Source of the DNA: Chrysochromulina tobinii
Lineage: Eukaryota
Length of the DNA stretch: 39,478 bases
Assembly: GCA_001275005.1 (NCBI GenBank)
Contig: JWZX01002564.1
Location: 1 to 39,478 of the forward strand
Reading direction: 5' to 3'
Shown here: positions 9,352-19,343 of the stretch, piece after piece
Numbering within the stretch: position 1 is the first letter of the stretch
Layout: the number at the start of each line of letters is the position of its first letter
Notes under the pieces: model-generated
What the model saw: only the letters and a program-made list of their open reading frames with translations
Database searches by the model: none
What the model was told of the DNA's origin: nothing
Program-made: the position numbers and the translations under genes

Positions 9352-11025
9352 TCACGAGATTTCCTTTTCCATGCGCATCGCGTTCAATGCGAGCTGTGCT
9401 TCTATGCGCTCTTCTTTAGTTGCAGTGGGTGGGAGCAGTGGCTCACGCAACTCTTGAAGCTTGGGGACGGTGACGGCGGCCATTGCGTCCATCCCTATCT
9501 GGAGCTCCGCAGCGTGCACTTGCTTGGCCATCCGCTCAATCTGCGCCCACTCGACGCGCAGCAGCGCCCATGTCGCCCGGCGCAGCAGCTCAACAGTACC
9601 AAGTAGTAGCGATACGTGTTGCTGCACAACTGTCTGCGAAGGCGAAATGTACACCGCCCAGCCCAGCCTGGCGACAAGGTCGACGACGATGGCGGTCACG
9701 TACCACTTCGGCTCGAAGACGCGCACCGGCCGGAGCCAGTACGACGCGCCTTTGAACTCGCCGCCGTTACGTGGCTGACTTGGCGTGAGCAGACTGCGCA
9801 CAAAGCGGCGCAAAGGCTGCGGCCCGATGCCCCAGTCGACGAGCACGTCCCAAGAGAACGCGAAAAGCGTGGACCAGATCGACGCGATGAGCCAGTATTC
9901 GGAGCGCCCGCCGGTCACTGATAGGATGACCACCAACAGTGAGCTAATGTACTTTCCCGCATTGTAAAGGGGCTGCCGCCACTCCTCGCTGCCCGCGCGC
10001 ACTGCATCATGGATCTGGCGAATGCATTGCATGAATCGAATGTAGAAGGGCAGCACCGAGAGCAAGATGAACGAGGCGCGGTACGTGGGGTTGGCGTTCG
10101 TGCACACGACGAGCTCGTGGTCGAAGGCCTTGTTTTGCGCATCCCAGCCGCCCACCATGAAGGCCTCACCTGAGGTGAAAATGCACGTTGAGTAGAGCAG
10201 ATCTATGAAGCACTTGGGCATCGAGCAGAAGACGTCCGCCACAAAATTGCAGGCAAAGGAGGGCGAGGAGAACGGAGCGAGCAGCGCTCGCACGATGCTA
10301 TGGGCCAACGCGCTGCGCTGGGCAGCGTCATGCCATTCGGGCATCCAATCGACCGGGTATGCAACGATCGCGAGCGTGCCGATGAACGCGGCCAGCGGCC
10401 AAATGTGCTTGTACGTGTACAAGTGTGAGCGCACGGTGAGCACCAGCCAAAAGGTAACGAACGAGAAGAAGTTCACGAACATGAGTGACGAGGAGTAGCG
10501 CACCACGGCGTGATAGTTTGTGCGGTCGGCTCGCACTCCGAGAATGGCGGCATAGTCGATGCCAGTGCGCTTCCAAGTGAAGAGGAGCAGCCCGAACAGG
10601 ACGCCAAAGAACGAGAGAAGGAAGGAGCCGCGGAAAAGAGGATAGTAGAGCTTGGAGAGCTCATCGATGGCTTCATTGGACGATAGCGTGACCAGAAGGC
10701 CCATCACAAACATCTGCAGGTTGATTCCGGTGCGCATGCCGAGCGAGAAGAAGAGCCACTTGAGCGTATCCACCTCCACCTCCGATGCCTTCTCCGTGCC
10801 GAGTGAATCGACCACCATCACTGGCGGTTTGCGAAGAGTGCTCATGGCGATACGAAGGCGAGCGGACATGCTTGTGTCCGACAAGACCTCGTCGTACGAG
10901 TGGCACCGCCGGGTGAGCGAGGGCCTTTCTAAAGGTGTCGCAGCGTTGAACCCATGGCGGAGCATGGCATCGGAGGTTGACCCCATTTCGGACATTCGGA
11001 GAGCAGGATGGCCCGTGTCCAGCAT
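9352..11025 (-). CDS. EXS-domain membrane protein (XPR1/SYG1/PHO1/ERD1 family) lacking an SPX domain
   Basis: Multi-TM ORF with EXS motifs WKRTGIDYAAIL, FACNFVADVFCSM, LPFYIRFMQCIR, LYNAGKY, FSWDVLVDWG, DLVARLGW and ELLRRATWALLRVE. Confidence 0.9.
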   Translation of the reverse strand: MLDTGHPALRMSEMGSTSDAMLRHGFNAATPLERPSLTRRCHSYDEVLSDTSMSARLRIAMSTLRKPPVMVVDSLGTEKASEVEVDTLKWLFFSLGMRTGINLQMFVMGLLVTLSSNEAIDELSKLYYPLFRGSFLLSFFGVLFGLLLFTWKRTGIDYAAILGVRADRTNYHAVVRYSSSLMFVNFFSFVTFWLVLTVRSHLYTYKHIWPLAAFIGTLAIVAYPVDWMPEWHDAAQRSALAHSIVRALLAPFSSPSFACNFVADVFCSMPKCFIDLLYSTCIFTSGEAFMVGGWDAQNKAFDHELVVCTNANPTYRASFILLSVLPFYIRFMQCIRQIHDAVRAGSEEWRQPLYNAGKYISSLLVVILSVTGGRSEYWLIASIWSTLFAFSWDVLVDWGIGPQPLRRFVRSLLTPSQPRNGGEFKGASYWLRPVRVFEPKWYVTAIVVDLVARLGWAVYISPSQTVVQQHVSLLLGTVELLRRATWALLRVEWAQIERMAKQVHAAELQIGMDAMAAVTVPKLQELREPLLPPTATKEERIEAQLALNAMRMEKEIS

Positions 11026-11615
11026 CGGCGCAAGCTTTGACGAAACTCGAAAGTTCGAACTTGAAATTGGGGTTGCAAAAACAAACCATGAATTTCACTC
11101 AACATCCCAACGGGTGCACACACACCGTCACGCCGCCGACACAAGCATGAGCGCCGCTCCAATACAATGTACAGCTCCTGTACGTTTGTAGCGGGTCACT
11201 CTCGTCTCCTCCAGCCTGTCGCGACTCGCTTGCTCTGTTGCTCGCGCGCGCACGCTAACGCCGGTTCATGTAACCCTTAACCCTAAGAAACCCAGGCCAC
11301 TTTGGCACGCATCGGAGCCTCATGTGCGGCCCGCCCCTTTCTCGCGCACGCGGATTCGCGCCATGCCCAGCAGTGCCACGTGTTCACATCCTTGCTTTCC
11401 GATGCCCCTCCCCGAGCCCATCACATCACATTATACGCGCCAGCGACGCATGGTAGCAAGTCGCGGGCTCGAGGGGCGATGCCGCCGCCTTGACACCGTC
11501 ACGCCCTTGCGGGGCGCCGCCTGCTGCGTCACCGGCGCTGCGCCGCCGACTGCGCTGCTGCGCCGCCTGACGCACCATCCGACACCGAGCACGCACGCCC
11601 CTAAGCCCGCGCCCT

Positions 11616-12707
11616 CTAGCGCTCCATCTCTTCGCTCTTGATCGGCGCGCCAACTGGGCGAGCCATGGCGACCGGCATGCCGCCGCCAGGATAGGCACCC
11701 GGGTAGCCGCCCTGCGGCGGGTAGCCGCCCTGCGGCGGGTAGCCGCCCTGCGGCGGGTAGACGCCCTGCGGCGGGTAGACGCCCTGCGGCGGGTAGCCGC
11801 CCTGCGGCGGGTAGCCGCCCTGCGGCGGGTAGCCGCCCTGCGGCGGCGCCATCATGCCGCCGCCAGGATAGGCAACCGGCATGCCGCCGGCAACCGGCAC
11901 GGCGAACGCGACGGGCGACTGGCCCTTCGTGTACCCGCTCTTGATGTCACGCTGGACCTCGTGGTACACCTGTGCGCCCATGCAGCCGGCCACAGAGAGC
12001 GTCACCAGGTCCGCGATCAGGTCGAGGATCGCAGCGGCATCGCGGAACTCTTCGGCGAAGATAGCGGCTATGTGGAAGAGGCACGAGAGGATCTGGAGGA
12101 AGTTGGCGAACGCGATGATCTGCCAGTCGCACGGATCGGGCTGGATCTGCTTCGTATCCATCATGTGCAGGCGAGCCACCGAGAGCGACGTCATCGGGAA
12201 GCAGCAGCCCTCGAGGCACAGACCGAGAGCCGAGCCGGGGCAGCACTCGGCGGGCTGGAGGCAGCAGCAGGGCGGCAAGTAGTTCTGGCAGCAGATGAAG
12301 TCCGCTGTGCCGTTGTGGTAAGTGTCAAGGATCTTCGAGCGCGCCCAGCAGGCCGTGAAGCCAAAGGGCGAGCCGAGGGCCGAGGCGCAGCAGCACAGCG
12401 GCTCCTTGCAGCACGCATCCTTGAGGCCGAGCGCGAACACATTCGGGTTGTTCGCGTAGGCCATGAACTGGCTGTACTGGGCGTTCTTCGCCTTGTTTTG
12501 TGAGTCAATCTGGTCAATGAACAAATGCGAGCGAACACGAATTGTGTCAGAAGGATGCGCACGGTGCCGCACGCGCGGTCGTCGCGAGCACGCGATCTAG
12601 AGGCTGTTGCGCAGTACGCTCCCCCGCACCACGATCTGATGCTGGGCACGCGGCTGCTCGCGCACCTTCTCGGGCGGCGTGTTAGGGCAGAGGAGGAAGA
12701 TGCACAT
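11616..12707 (-). CDS. PLAC8-family Cys-rich membrane protein with PPQGGY tail; two exons (12707-12666, 12509-11616)
   Basis: Exon 1 is [14 protein letters not shown], followed by a phase-0 156-nt intron (GTGCGC...CATTGACCAG). Exon 2 continues [12 protein letters not shown]...EPLCCC...FICCQNY...SVARLHMMD...DPCDWQII...GCMGAQ. It resembles the plant proline-rich PLAC8 family (At1g63830-like). Confidence 0.82.
11701..11844. repeat. 18-bp tandem repeat x8 encoding [12 protein letters not shown]
   Basis: GGGTAGCCGCCCTGCGGC repeated 8 times; two units carry a one-base variant. Confidence 0.95.
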
Positions 12708-12903
12708 CTTGCAAGCGGGCGGGGGGGAGAAGTTGCTGAGGCCCAAGGAAGCTTCGCGACACAAAGGAAGACGCCAGGCGCTGTAACGGTACAGGACTCG
12801 GACCGACCTTGAGACGGCGGATCGTGCTGTGATTCGGCTGTTCACTGCTGAGTATTCATAATGAACCAGCGAAGGCCGTACGGTAAACCAAGGAAGACAC
12901 GAA

Positions 12904-13803
12904 ATGGCAGACGAGTTCGCGTATAAACGCGACAGCAAGCTGCAAGAGCGACTGTCCCGCGAAATCGAGGTGCTTGTAAAGCAACCCGGCAACACAGTAT
13001 GCGCCGACTGCGACGAGACGAAGAGGATTCGATTCTGCTCCGTCACGCTTGGCGTGTTCCTTTGCAATCGCTGCTACGGCCAGCACCGGCAGCTCGGGGC
13101 ACATGTCACCAGAGGCAAGTGCCTAGGGCTGGACGCATGGAAGCCCGAGGAGATTGAGCTGCTGCGTGCCATTGGGAACACGAAGGCGAACGCACGCTAC
13201 GAGGCGAATTTACCACCGCCACCCTGGAAGCGGCCGACTACCGCATCAACCGAGCGTGAGGTCCTCGCATTCATCAAGGACAAGTACGAGCGGCAGAAGT
13301 TTGCTGCGGTGCAATTTTCTGGCACAGTAGCCTCCATGCCAGCAGCAGTTGCAGCTGCTGCACTACCACCACCCACCGCGCCTCCTCCTGCCCCGTCGCT
13401 TGCTGCAGACTTGCTAGGAGGCTGGGCTAATTTCGACGAGCCAAAGGGCAGCAGCAGCAGCGCAGCCACGCAGCCTGTGGTCGCCGCTGCTGCACCATAC
13501 GATCTTCTGTCCATGCTGGACAGCTCAGCGATCAGCACGCGGCCCACCATGCTAGCAGCCCCGTCGCCTCCTATGCCCGCGGCAAACATCGGCGGCACAG
13601 GCGGCGGCATGGGTGGCGACGGCACGGGCGGCGGCATGGGCGGCGGCACGAGCGGCGGCATGGGCGGCGGCACGGGCGGCGGCATGGGCGGCGGCATGGG
13701 CGGCATGCCTCCATTCATGAATCCGATGAATCCGATGAATCCGATGGGCATGTTTGCCACCCCTCCTCCAGACCCATTTTCGAGCTTTGGGAAAATGTAC
13801 TAA
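12904..13803 (+). CDS. ArfGAP-domain protein (SMAP/AGD5-like) with Pro- and Gly/Met-rich tail
   Basis: PGNTVCADC...GVFLCNRCYGQHRQLGAHVT...LDAW...GNTKANARYEA...FIKDKYE. The zinc finger and Arg finger are present. The tail has DLL and NF-type motifs and an MGG/PMN region. Confidence 0.92.
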   Translation: MADEFAYKRDSKLQERLSREIEVLVKQPGNTVCADCDETKRIRFCSVTLGVFLCNRCYGQHRQLGAHVTRGKCLGLDAWKPEEIELLRAIGNTKANARYEANLPPPPWKRPTTASTEREVLAFIKDKYERQKFAAVQFSGTVASMPAAVAAAALPPPTAPPPAPSLAADLLGGWANFDEPKGSSSSAATQPVVAAAAPYDLLSMLDSSAISTRPTMLAAPSPPMPAANIGGTGGGMGGDGTGGGMGGGTSGGMGGGTGGGMGGGMGGMPPFMNPMNPMNPMGMFATPPPDPFSSFGKMY

Positions 13804-13924
13804 TCCTCGATTGTCCGGATCCGGGTCCGTGCTGCTGTGTGCCTGAGGGTGACTACGGTAGTGGCGCAAAAGTTCGAGAGAGAATTCACAGGAAAGATTG
13901 TATCTCAAGTTTCTCAACATCGGC

Positions 13925-15757
13925 ATGCAGACCACCCTGCTATGCAGACACCGTGCGCGGCTGCTTGCGCAGCCCATGGGGTTGCGCCACACGACGACGC
14001 TGCTCGGCAGCTTTCTGCAGCGCGCTCGGCCGCTCTCGAGCTCGAGTGGGACCCCGAGGAAGGGCGGCAACTTCAGATTTCTCGCGCCACTCAATGCCAG
14101 AAAGGCCAAGGGCACCGACATCCTCAACGATCCGTTCTGGAACAAGGGTTCCGCGTTCACGCGCGAAGAGCGCGACCGGCTCAAGCTGCGCGGGCTGCTG
14201 CCGTCGGTGTACATGACGCTCGAGGAGCAGGTCCACTTCTTCCTCGTGCGGCTGCGCGAAGTCCCGGACCCACTGCAGAAGAGTCTGATGCTCTCGGAGC
14301 TCGCCAACCGCAACGCGACGCTCTTCCACCGCGTGTTGATCGAGGAGATCGAGGAGATCGCGCCGCTCGTGTACACGCCGACGGTCGGCCTAGTGTGCCA
14401 GCAGTTTTCGCACAACTTCACGCGGCCGCGCGGGCTCACCTTCACGCCCGACGACCGCGGCTCCATGGCCATCATGATGCAAAACTGGTCGCACTCGTCG
14501 TGCCAGGTCGCGGTCGTCACCGACGGCTCGCGCATTCTGGGCCTCGGCGACCTGGGCGCCAACGGCATGGGCATCCCCATCGGCAAGCTCGCATTATACT
14601 GTGCGTATGGGGGCATCGCGCCGCACCGCACGCTCCCCGTGATGCTCGACTTCGGCACCGACAACGAGTATTACCTGACCGATCCGGACTACAAGGGCTG
14701 GCGCGGCCGCCGGCTGCGCGGCGACGACTACTACTCGCTCCTCGACGAGTTCATGCAGGCCGTCTTTCGGCGCTACCCTTCAATGCTTCTCCAGTTCGAG
14801 GACTTTTCGTCGGACAAGGCGGCTCCCATACTCGACAAGTACCGGAAGCGCTACCTGTGCTTCAATGACGACATCCAGGGCACGGGCGCCACCGTGCTCG
14901 CTGGCGTGCTCGGCGCGCTGCGCATGATCGGCCGTCCGCCCGAGGCGATCAAAGATCTCAAGGTGGCGGTCGTGGGCGCCGGCAGCGCTGGGCTCGGGGT
15001 GGCGCAGGCTCTTCACACGGCGATGCTCGAGGCCGGCTGTGTGGACGCGGAGACCGCCTCCAAGAACTTCACCGTCTTCGACGTCAAGGGTCTCCTCGGC
15101 AAGGGGCGGAAAGGCCTCACGGCTGAGGCATTGCCTTTCCAGCGGCACGACCTAGCCGACGGCCTCTCGCTTGAAGAGACCGTCAAGGCGGAGAAGCCGC
15201 AACTCATCCTGGGCCTCTCGGGGCGCAAAGGCACGATCAGCGAGGGCGCGATCCGCGCGATGGCCGCCACGCACGAACGCCCCTTTGTCTTCCCGCTCTC
15301 CAACCCGACCTCCCAGACCGAGCTCACGCCCGCTCAAGCATACGAATGGACGCAGGGGAAGGCCATCGTAGCCACCGGTTCGCCCTTCGACCCCGTCACG
15401 TACGGCGGGCAGACGTTCTCCCCGTCGCAGTGCAACAACATGTACATCTTCCCTGGCCTCGGTCTGGGCGCGAGCGTGTGCGGCGCCGAGAGCGTGCCAG
15501 ATTCGATGCTCTACCGCAGCGCAGTCGCTCTCTCCAAAATGACCTCCGCTGAGGAGCTCGCCGCTGGGCGCGTCTTCCCCTCGGTGACCAACATCCGCGC
15601 GTGCGCGTTGCAGGTGGGCATCTCGGTCGCGGAGCATGCGTACGAGCTCAAGATCGCGCGCAACAACCCCGGCCGCGGTGAGACGGTCGCCCAGTTCGTG
15701 ACGCGAAAGATGTACTATCCCGAGTACGTGCCCATCTTCTCGGAGGTGGGCGAGTGA
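13925..15757 (+). CDS. Malic enzyme, probably NAD-dependent mitochondrial type
   Basis: Motifs NKGSAFT, VYTPTVG, VVTDGSRILGLGDLG, QFEDF, FNDDIQGTG, GAGSAGLG, PLSNPT and QCNNMYIFPG. Arg-rich, acid-free N-terminal presequence from ATG 13925. The ORF-track start at 13898 is a TTG. Confidence 0.95.
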   Translation: MQTTLLCRHRARLLAQPMGLRHTTTLLGSFLQRARPLSSSSGTPRKGGNFRFLAPLNARKAKGTDILNDPFWNKGSAFTREERDRLKLRGLLPSVYMTLEEQVHFFLVRLREVPDPLQKSLMLSELANRNATLFHRVLIEEIEEIAPLVYTPTVGLVCQQFSHNFTRPRGLTFTPDDRGSMAIMMQNWSHSSCQVAVVTDGSRILGLGDLGANGMGIPIGKLALYCAYGGIAPHRTLPVMLDFGTDNEYYLTDPDYKGWRGRRLRGDDYYSLLDEFMQAVFRRYPSMLLQFEDFSSDKAAPILDKYRKRYLCFNDDIQGTGATVLAGVLGALRMIGRPPEAIKDLKVAVVGAGSAGLGVAQALHTAMLEAGCVDAETASKNFTVFDVKGLLGKGRKGLTAEALPFQRHDLADGLSLEETVKAEKPQLILGLSGRKGTISEGAIRAMAATHERPFVFPLSNPTSQTELTPAQAYEWTQGKAIVATGSPFDPVTYGGQTFSPSQCNNMYIFPGLGLGASVCGAESVPDSMLYRSAVALSKMTSAEELAAGRVFPSVTNIRACALQVGISVAEHAYELKIARNNPGRGETVAQFVTRKMYYPEYVPIFSEVGE

Positions 15758-16470
15758 TGCGGAGCAGACGCGCCATGAGGCGTGCGTCGTCGACGCATGC
15801 CCGGGCGGAGGCATCATCTCTGTGAGATCGAACGCATCTCGACCAAGCCGACCCCAGCACGCGTGAACAGGCGCGCGAGCGAATGTGCGCGCACAAGTGT
15901 CGCCTCTGCATACTCCATACACGTTGCACCATGCATTGCAAACGGTGCTCTGGGCACTGGGGGAGCGGAGAGCCGGAGACAGGCGAGCGACGCTCGAAAC
16001 ATGTGGCTGGTTGGACCTGACATCATGGGCTAGTCGATCATGGAAGTGGTATCTATTGACAGAGGTGGGGAGAGCATCCGGGGTTCGAATCCGGGGTCGG
16101 GTGGGGGTACAAAGTAAGTACTAAGTTGAGTTCGGCTTTCGAGCGGCGGGCTGGGGTCAGAAATCCCACGCCCAGCAATGTTCTCGTTCCTTGTTTTGGT
16201 TCATGGTAATGAACTTGTCGTGCACCGTTGTAAGGCAACACATTTCTGTACGGGGTACCTCGAGCGAGTACTTTCACAGCCAATGTTTATAATTCGACAC
16301 CCAAGACACCGGACCGGCGTACATACGGATGCGGTTACCATTTCCATTAGCTCGGGGACCCCTGGACCCCAAGGCGCATCTTTCACACTCAATTTCACAG
16401 CCCGAGAATTTTCCGCAGCGTTTGAAAAAGGCAGACTGTCCTTCAGCCGCCCGTCCGGCATTGAGGTGCG

Positions 16471-17946
16471 ATGACGATCCTTGGAAGTGTCCCGAAGGCG
16501 TTCAGCTTTGGCCGTCCTAGCTTTCGTCGCAAGAAGAAGACGAACGGCAAGCAAAACGCCGTAGACGAAAATATGCCACCTACGGACACTCCCCAGACGA
16601 GCTCGCATTCGACCAGCCGCTGCGACTCCCCGCTGGCTGACTCGACTGAGGATGCGGCGGCTGAGCTGCGCGTGCGAGCTGCGCGTGGGGCGGAAGAGGC
16701 ATGCATACACTCCCCGGGGTTCAGCCTACGCGAGGACGTGATCGAGGGCTGCCTCGAGGCGCTCACGTCGCCACCTCCGCCACCAACGTCGCCAGACCTT
16801 TTCTCGCCGACCCTTGCAGACGCCGAGCGACTCGTGACCGAAGCGCTGGCGGCCACGATGTGTTCGCCGACCCTTGAGGAAGCCGAGCGACTCGTGTCTC
16901 TCGAGCTGAACGAGCACGGGCCGCGCAACGACATCACGTGCGAATCGTGCGAGGAGGAGGCACCGATGCTCTCGAGCAGCTGCTCCTCCCCCTCGAAGCT
17001 GGTCTCGCCTATCAACATGCGCATCATCCTCGAAACAGAGCTACATGTCGTTGAAGAGGCAGAGCAGCAGCTCAAGAAAGCGCCGCCGCCGGCCTTTGCT
17101 TTGGCGCAGCAATCGCCGCGCCAGGCTGAGCTCCAGTCGGTGCCGGAGGCTGAGCTCCAGTCGGTGCCGGAGGCTGAGCTCCAGTCGGTGCCGGAGGCTG
17201 AGCTCCAGTCTGTGCCGGACGAAGCTGTGGTCCGTACACCCGTGATGACCGATGCGCACATCGCTGAGCCCTGGCGCCTGCTCATGTACACACCGTCGCT
17301 GTGGCTTTTCATAGCCGTCCTTGTGGCAGCTTTCGTCTCAGTGTGGACGGCGGAACCAGAGGCACCGCCGGCACTGTCACCGCCGGCGACGCACTCTCCC
17401 AAGATCAACGCCGTAGTGGCCGCCCAGACATTAAGCGCGCTGCTACCACCTGCCTGGACGGCGGCGGCCGCCACCGCAAAGGACAAGATCGCCGCGCTTG
17501 GCGTCGTCGCAAGAGCAGCCTCAGCTCCTGCGGCCGAGGCGCTCGTTGCCGCGGCACTTCACGGGCGGTTCGAGGCGACCAAGCTGGCCAACTACACCGC
17601 CGTCAAGACGACCGAGGTGAGGGCATCCATTGGCAAAGCGGCTGCGGCGCTCAAGGTCGAGGTCCTCCTGGCAAGGATTTCTCTGGAGCTGGCCCTAGAA
17701 CAGGGACGTGAGGCTGCTGGTCAAGCGTCGACCAAGGCCGCCAATGCCGTGGCGCACCACACCGCCGCTATCCATAAGGCCATCCAAAAGTCCCGCCCGC
17801 TCAAGCTCGCTTTCCCGGTGCCGCCGCCAGCGCAGATGCTGCGCCGCGCCCTCATGCAGCCGCTCCGCCTCGAGCTTGACATGATTACCAGCGTGCTGCG
17901 CTCCCTCGGCTTTGGGATCCGCGAGGAGGAGCTCCGCAAGATGTAG
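16471..17946 (+). CDS. Hypothetical single-pass membrane protein with AELQSVPE repeats, 491 aa
   Basis: ATG-initiated ORF. Basic patch RRKKK, DEN motif, many SP sites and a TM segment LWLFIAVLVAAFVSVW. Confidence 0.65.
   Translation: MTILGSVPKAFSFGRPSFRRKKKTNGKQNAVDENMPPTDTPQTSSHSTSRCDSPLADSTEDAAAELRVRAARGAEEACIHSPGFSLREDVIEGCLEALTSPPPPPTSPDLFSPTLADAERLVTEALAATMCSPTLEEAERLVSLELNEHGPRNDITCESCEEEAPMLSSSCSSPSKLVSPINMRIILETELHVVEEAEQQLKKAPPPAFALAQQSPRQAELQSVPEAELQSVPEAELQSVPEAELQSVPDEAVVRTPVMTDAHIAEPWRLLMYTPSLWLFIAVLVAAFVSVWTAEPEAPPALSPPATHSPKINAVVAAQTLSALLPPAWTAAAATAKDKIAALGVVARAASAPAAEALVAAALHGRFEATKLANYTAVKTTEVRASIGKAAAALKVEVLLARISLELALEQGREAAGQASTKAANAVAHHTAAIHKAIQKSRPLKLAFPVPPPAQMLRRALMQPLRLELDMITSVLRSLGFGIREEELRKM
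17123..17218. repeat. 24-bp tandem repeat x4 (coding)
   Basis: AGGCTGAGCTCCAGTCGGTGCCGG x4. Confidence 0.95.
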
Positions 17947-19343
17947 GAGCAGAGCGGCTCCAAGGTCTGGCGCTCGGCCACGCACATGGCCGACGAGCTC
18001 TGCAAGCACAGTGCGTGCAGCACAAATTCAGGCGTGGGCGGCGAGGATGAGGAACGCTATTGGGGAATAGCAGGCAGAGTTGTGCGTGTGGGGCGGACAG
18101 GTCCCGGAACCAAACGCGGAGCCGGAGCAGGGACGTGGTGTGTTGAGGCGCTTGGCCTTGGGCAGAGTGTGCTGCGTGCCTGCGTCGGGTGCGCCTGCGC
18201 GGCAACGAGAGCGTGTTTTAGAGGCAGCGACCAGCGTGTCAGAGCTCCGCTCGGTCGCGTGTCCGGGTCCGACTTTCAGCGGTAAGACTCACGTGTGAGT
18301 CCGTCTTCAGCCTAGTACGAGTCCGGCGTTGGGAACGAGTAGAGTCGAGCGGAGATGAATCCGTATAATCCATGAAACGCAGAAGACCGGTCAATTGAAA
18401 ACGGTCCGCGCCGCGAGCGCGACCCCGCGGCGTGCACGAATCGAGCAAATAAAGCACTAAACGCCAGGGCCACAAGTACGACACACCGGAGCCGGGGCTG
18501 GCACGGCCGAGACCCGAGTCCGAGTGCGTCGCGTGCTCGCTTCGTCTCAATCTCCCGAGACTCAAAATCTCCCGAGACTCAATCTGCGGGCGGGGACCAC
18601 GCGGCTGGCGGCACGACGAGATCAACGAGATCGACGACCATCCGCTACCGGCTGTGCCGCGGCGTGAAGCGGCGTGGCGCTGCCGCCGCAGGCGCAGCCC
18701 GCACTCGTGACTCGAGGGCTCCGCTCGCCGCCGTTGACGCATGACGCTCTTGCAGGTGGAGGTCGTCTCGGGAGGCGTGTTCGTGTCGTCCTAGCTTATA
18801 AAAGGAAGCTACACATCCGTCCTTATATTACTGCCGGGTATGACGTATGTAGTTCCCTGGCGTCGGTGGCCTATCGTATAGACGCGTCGATCGACTAGAT
18901 AAGTTAGATATACGTTATACCGCTTACCGGACACACGACCCGGGACATCGTACCGTTGGTATGATTCTATGAAACCCTAATGCGATATACTATTATTTTT
19001 ACGGTGGACTCTGGAACGCCAAACACGCACGAACTGGTAACGAACTGGCGCCCGCTATATGTATGGTACACACACGCACACTTTCATACACGCGCCGGAA
19101 CATGTCGGATAGTTCGAGGATATTGTACGAGGATATGCATAGGGATACGACAGTGCCATGTTAAGTGAGTTTCAGTCCCAATCCCGCCCTCCCGGGTCGG
19201 TCCTCACCCCGTTGGGCCGGGCGGGGTCGGGCGGGTGGGGTCGCATGCACCCATGCCGTCAACCCGACCCGACCGCACAACACGTCCACATGTATGCAAT
19301 GTAGTACCGATGTAGTATGTCGCAATGTAGTACCGTGGTGAGA

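Noticed and set aside
11271..11293. Telomerase RNA template or chromosome end
   Set aside because: Degenerate, only 2-3 units, interstitial, and no supporting promoter or structure seen.
12510..12572. ORF-track start of the PLAC8 gene
   Set aside because: It lies within the inferred intron; an upstream ATG exon with canonical splice sites fits better.
13552..14868. 370-aa and 343-aa ORFs overlapping the malic enzyme
   Set aside because: Alternative-frame or antisense artefacts of a clearly conserved gene.
16030..16110. Functional tRNA gene
   Set aside because: A B-box is present but the T stem and acceptor stem do not pair.
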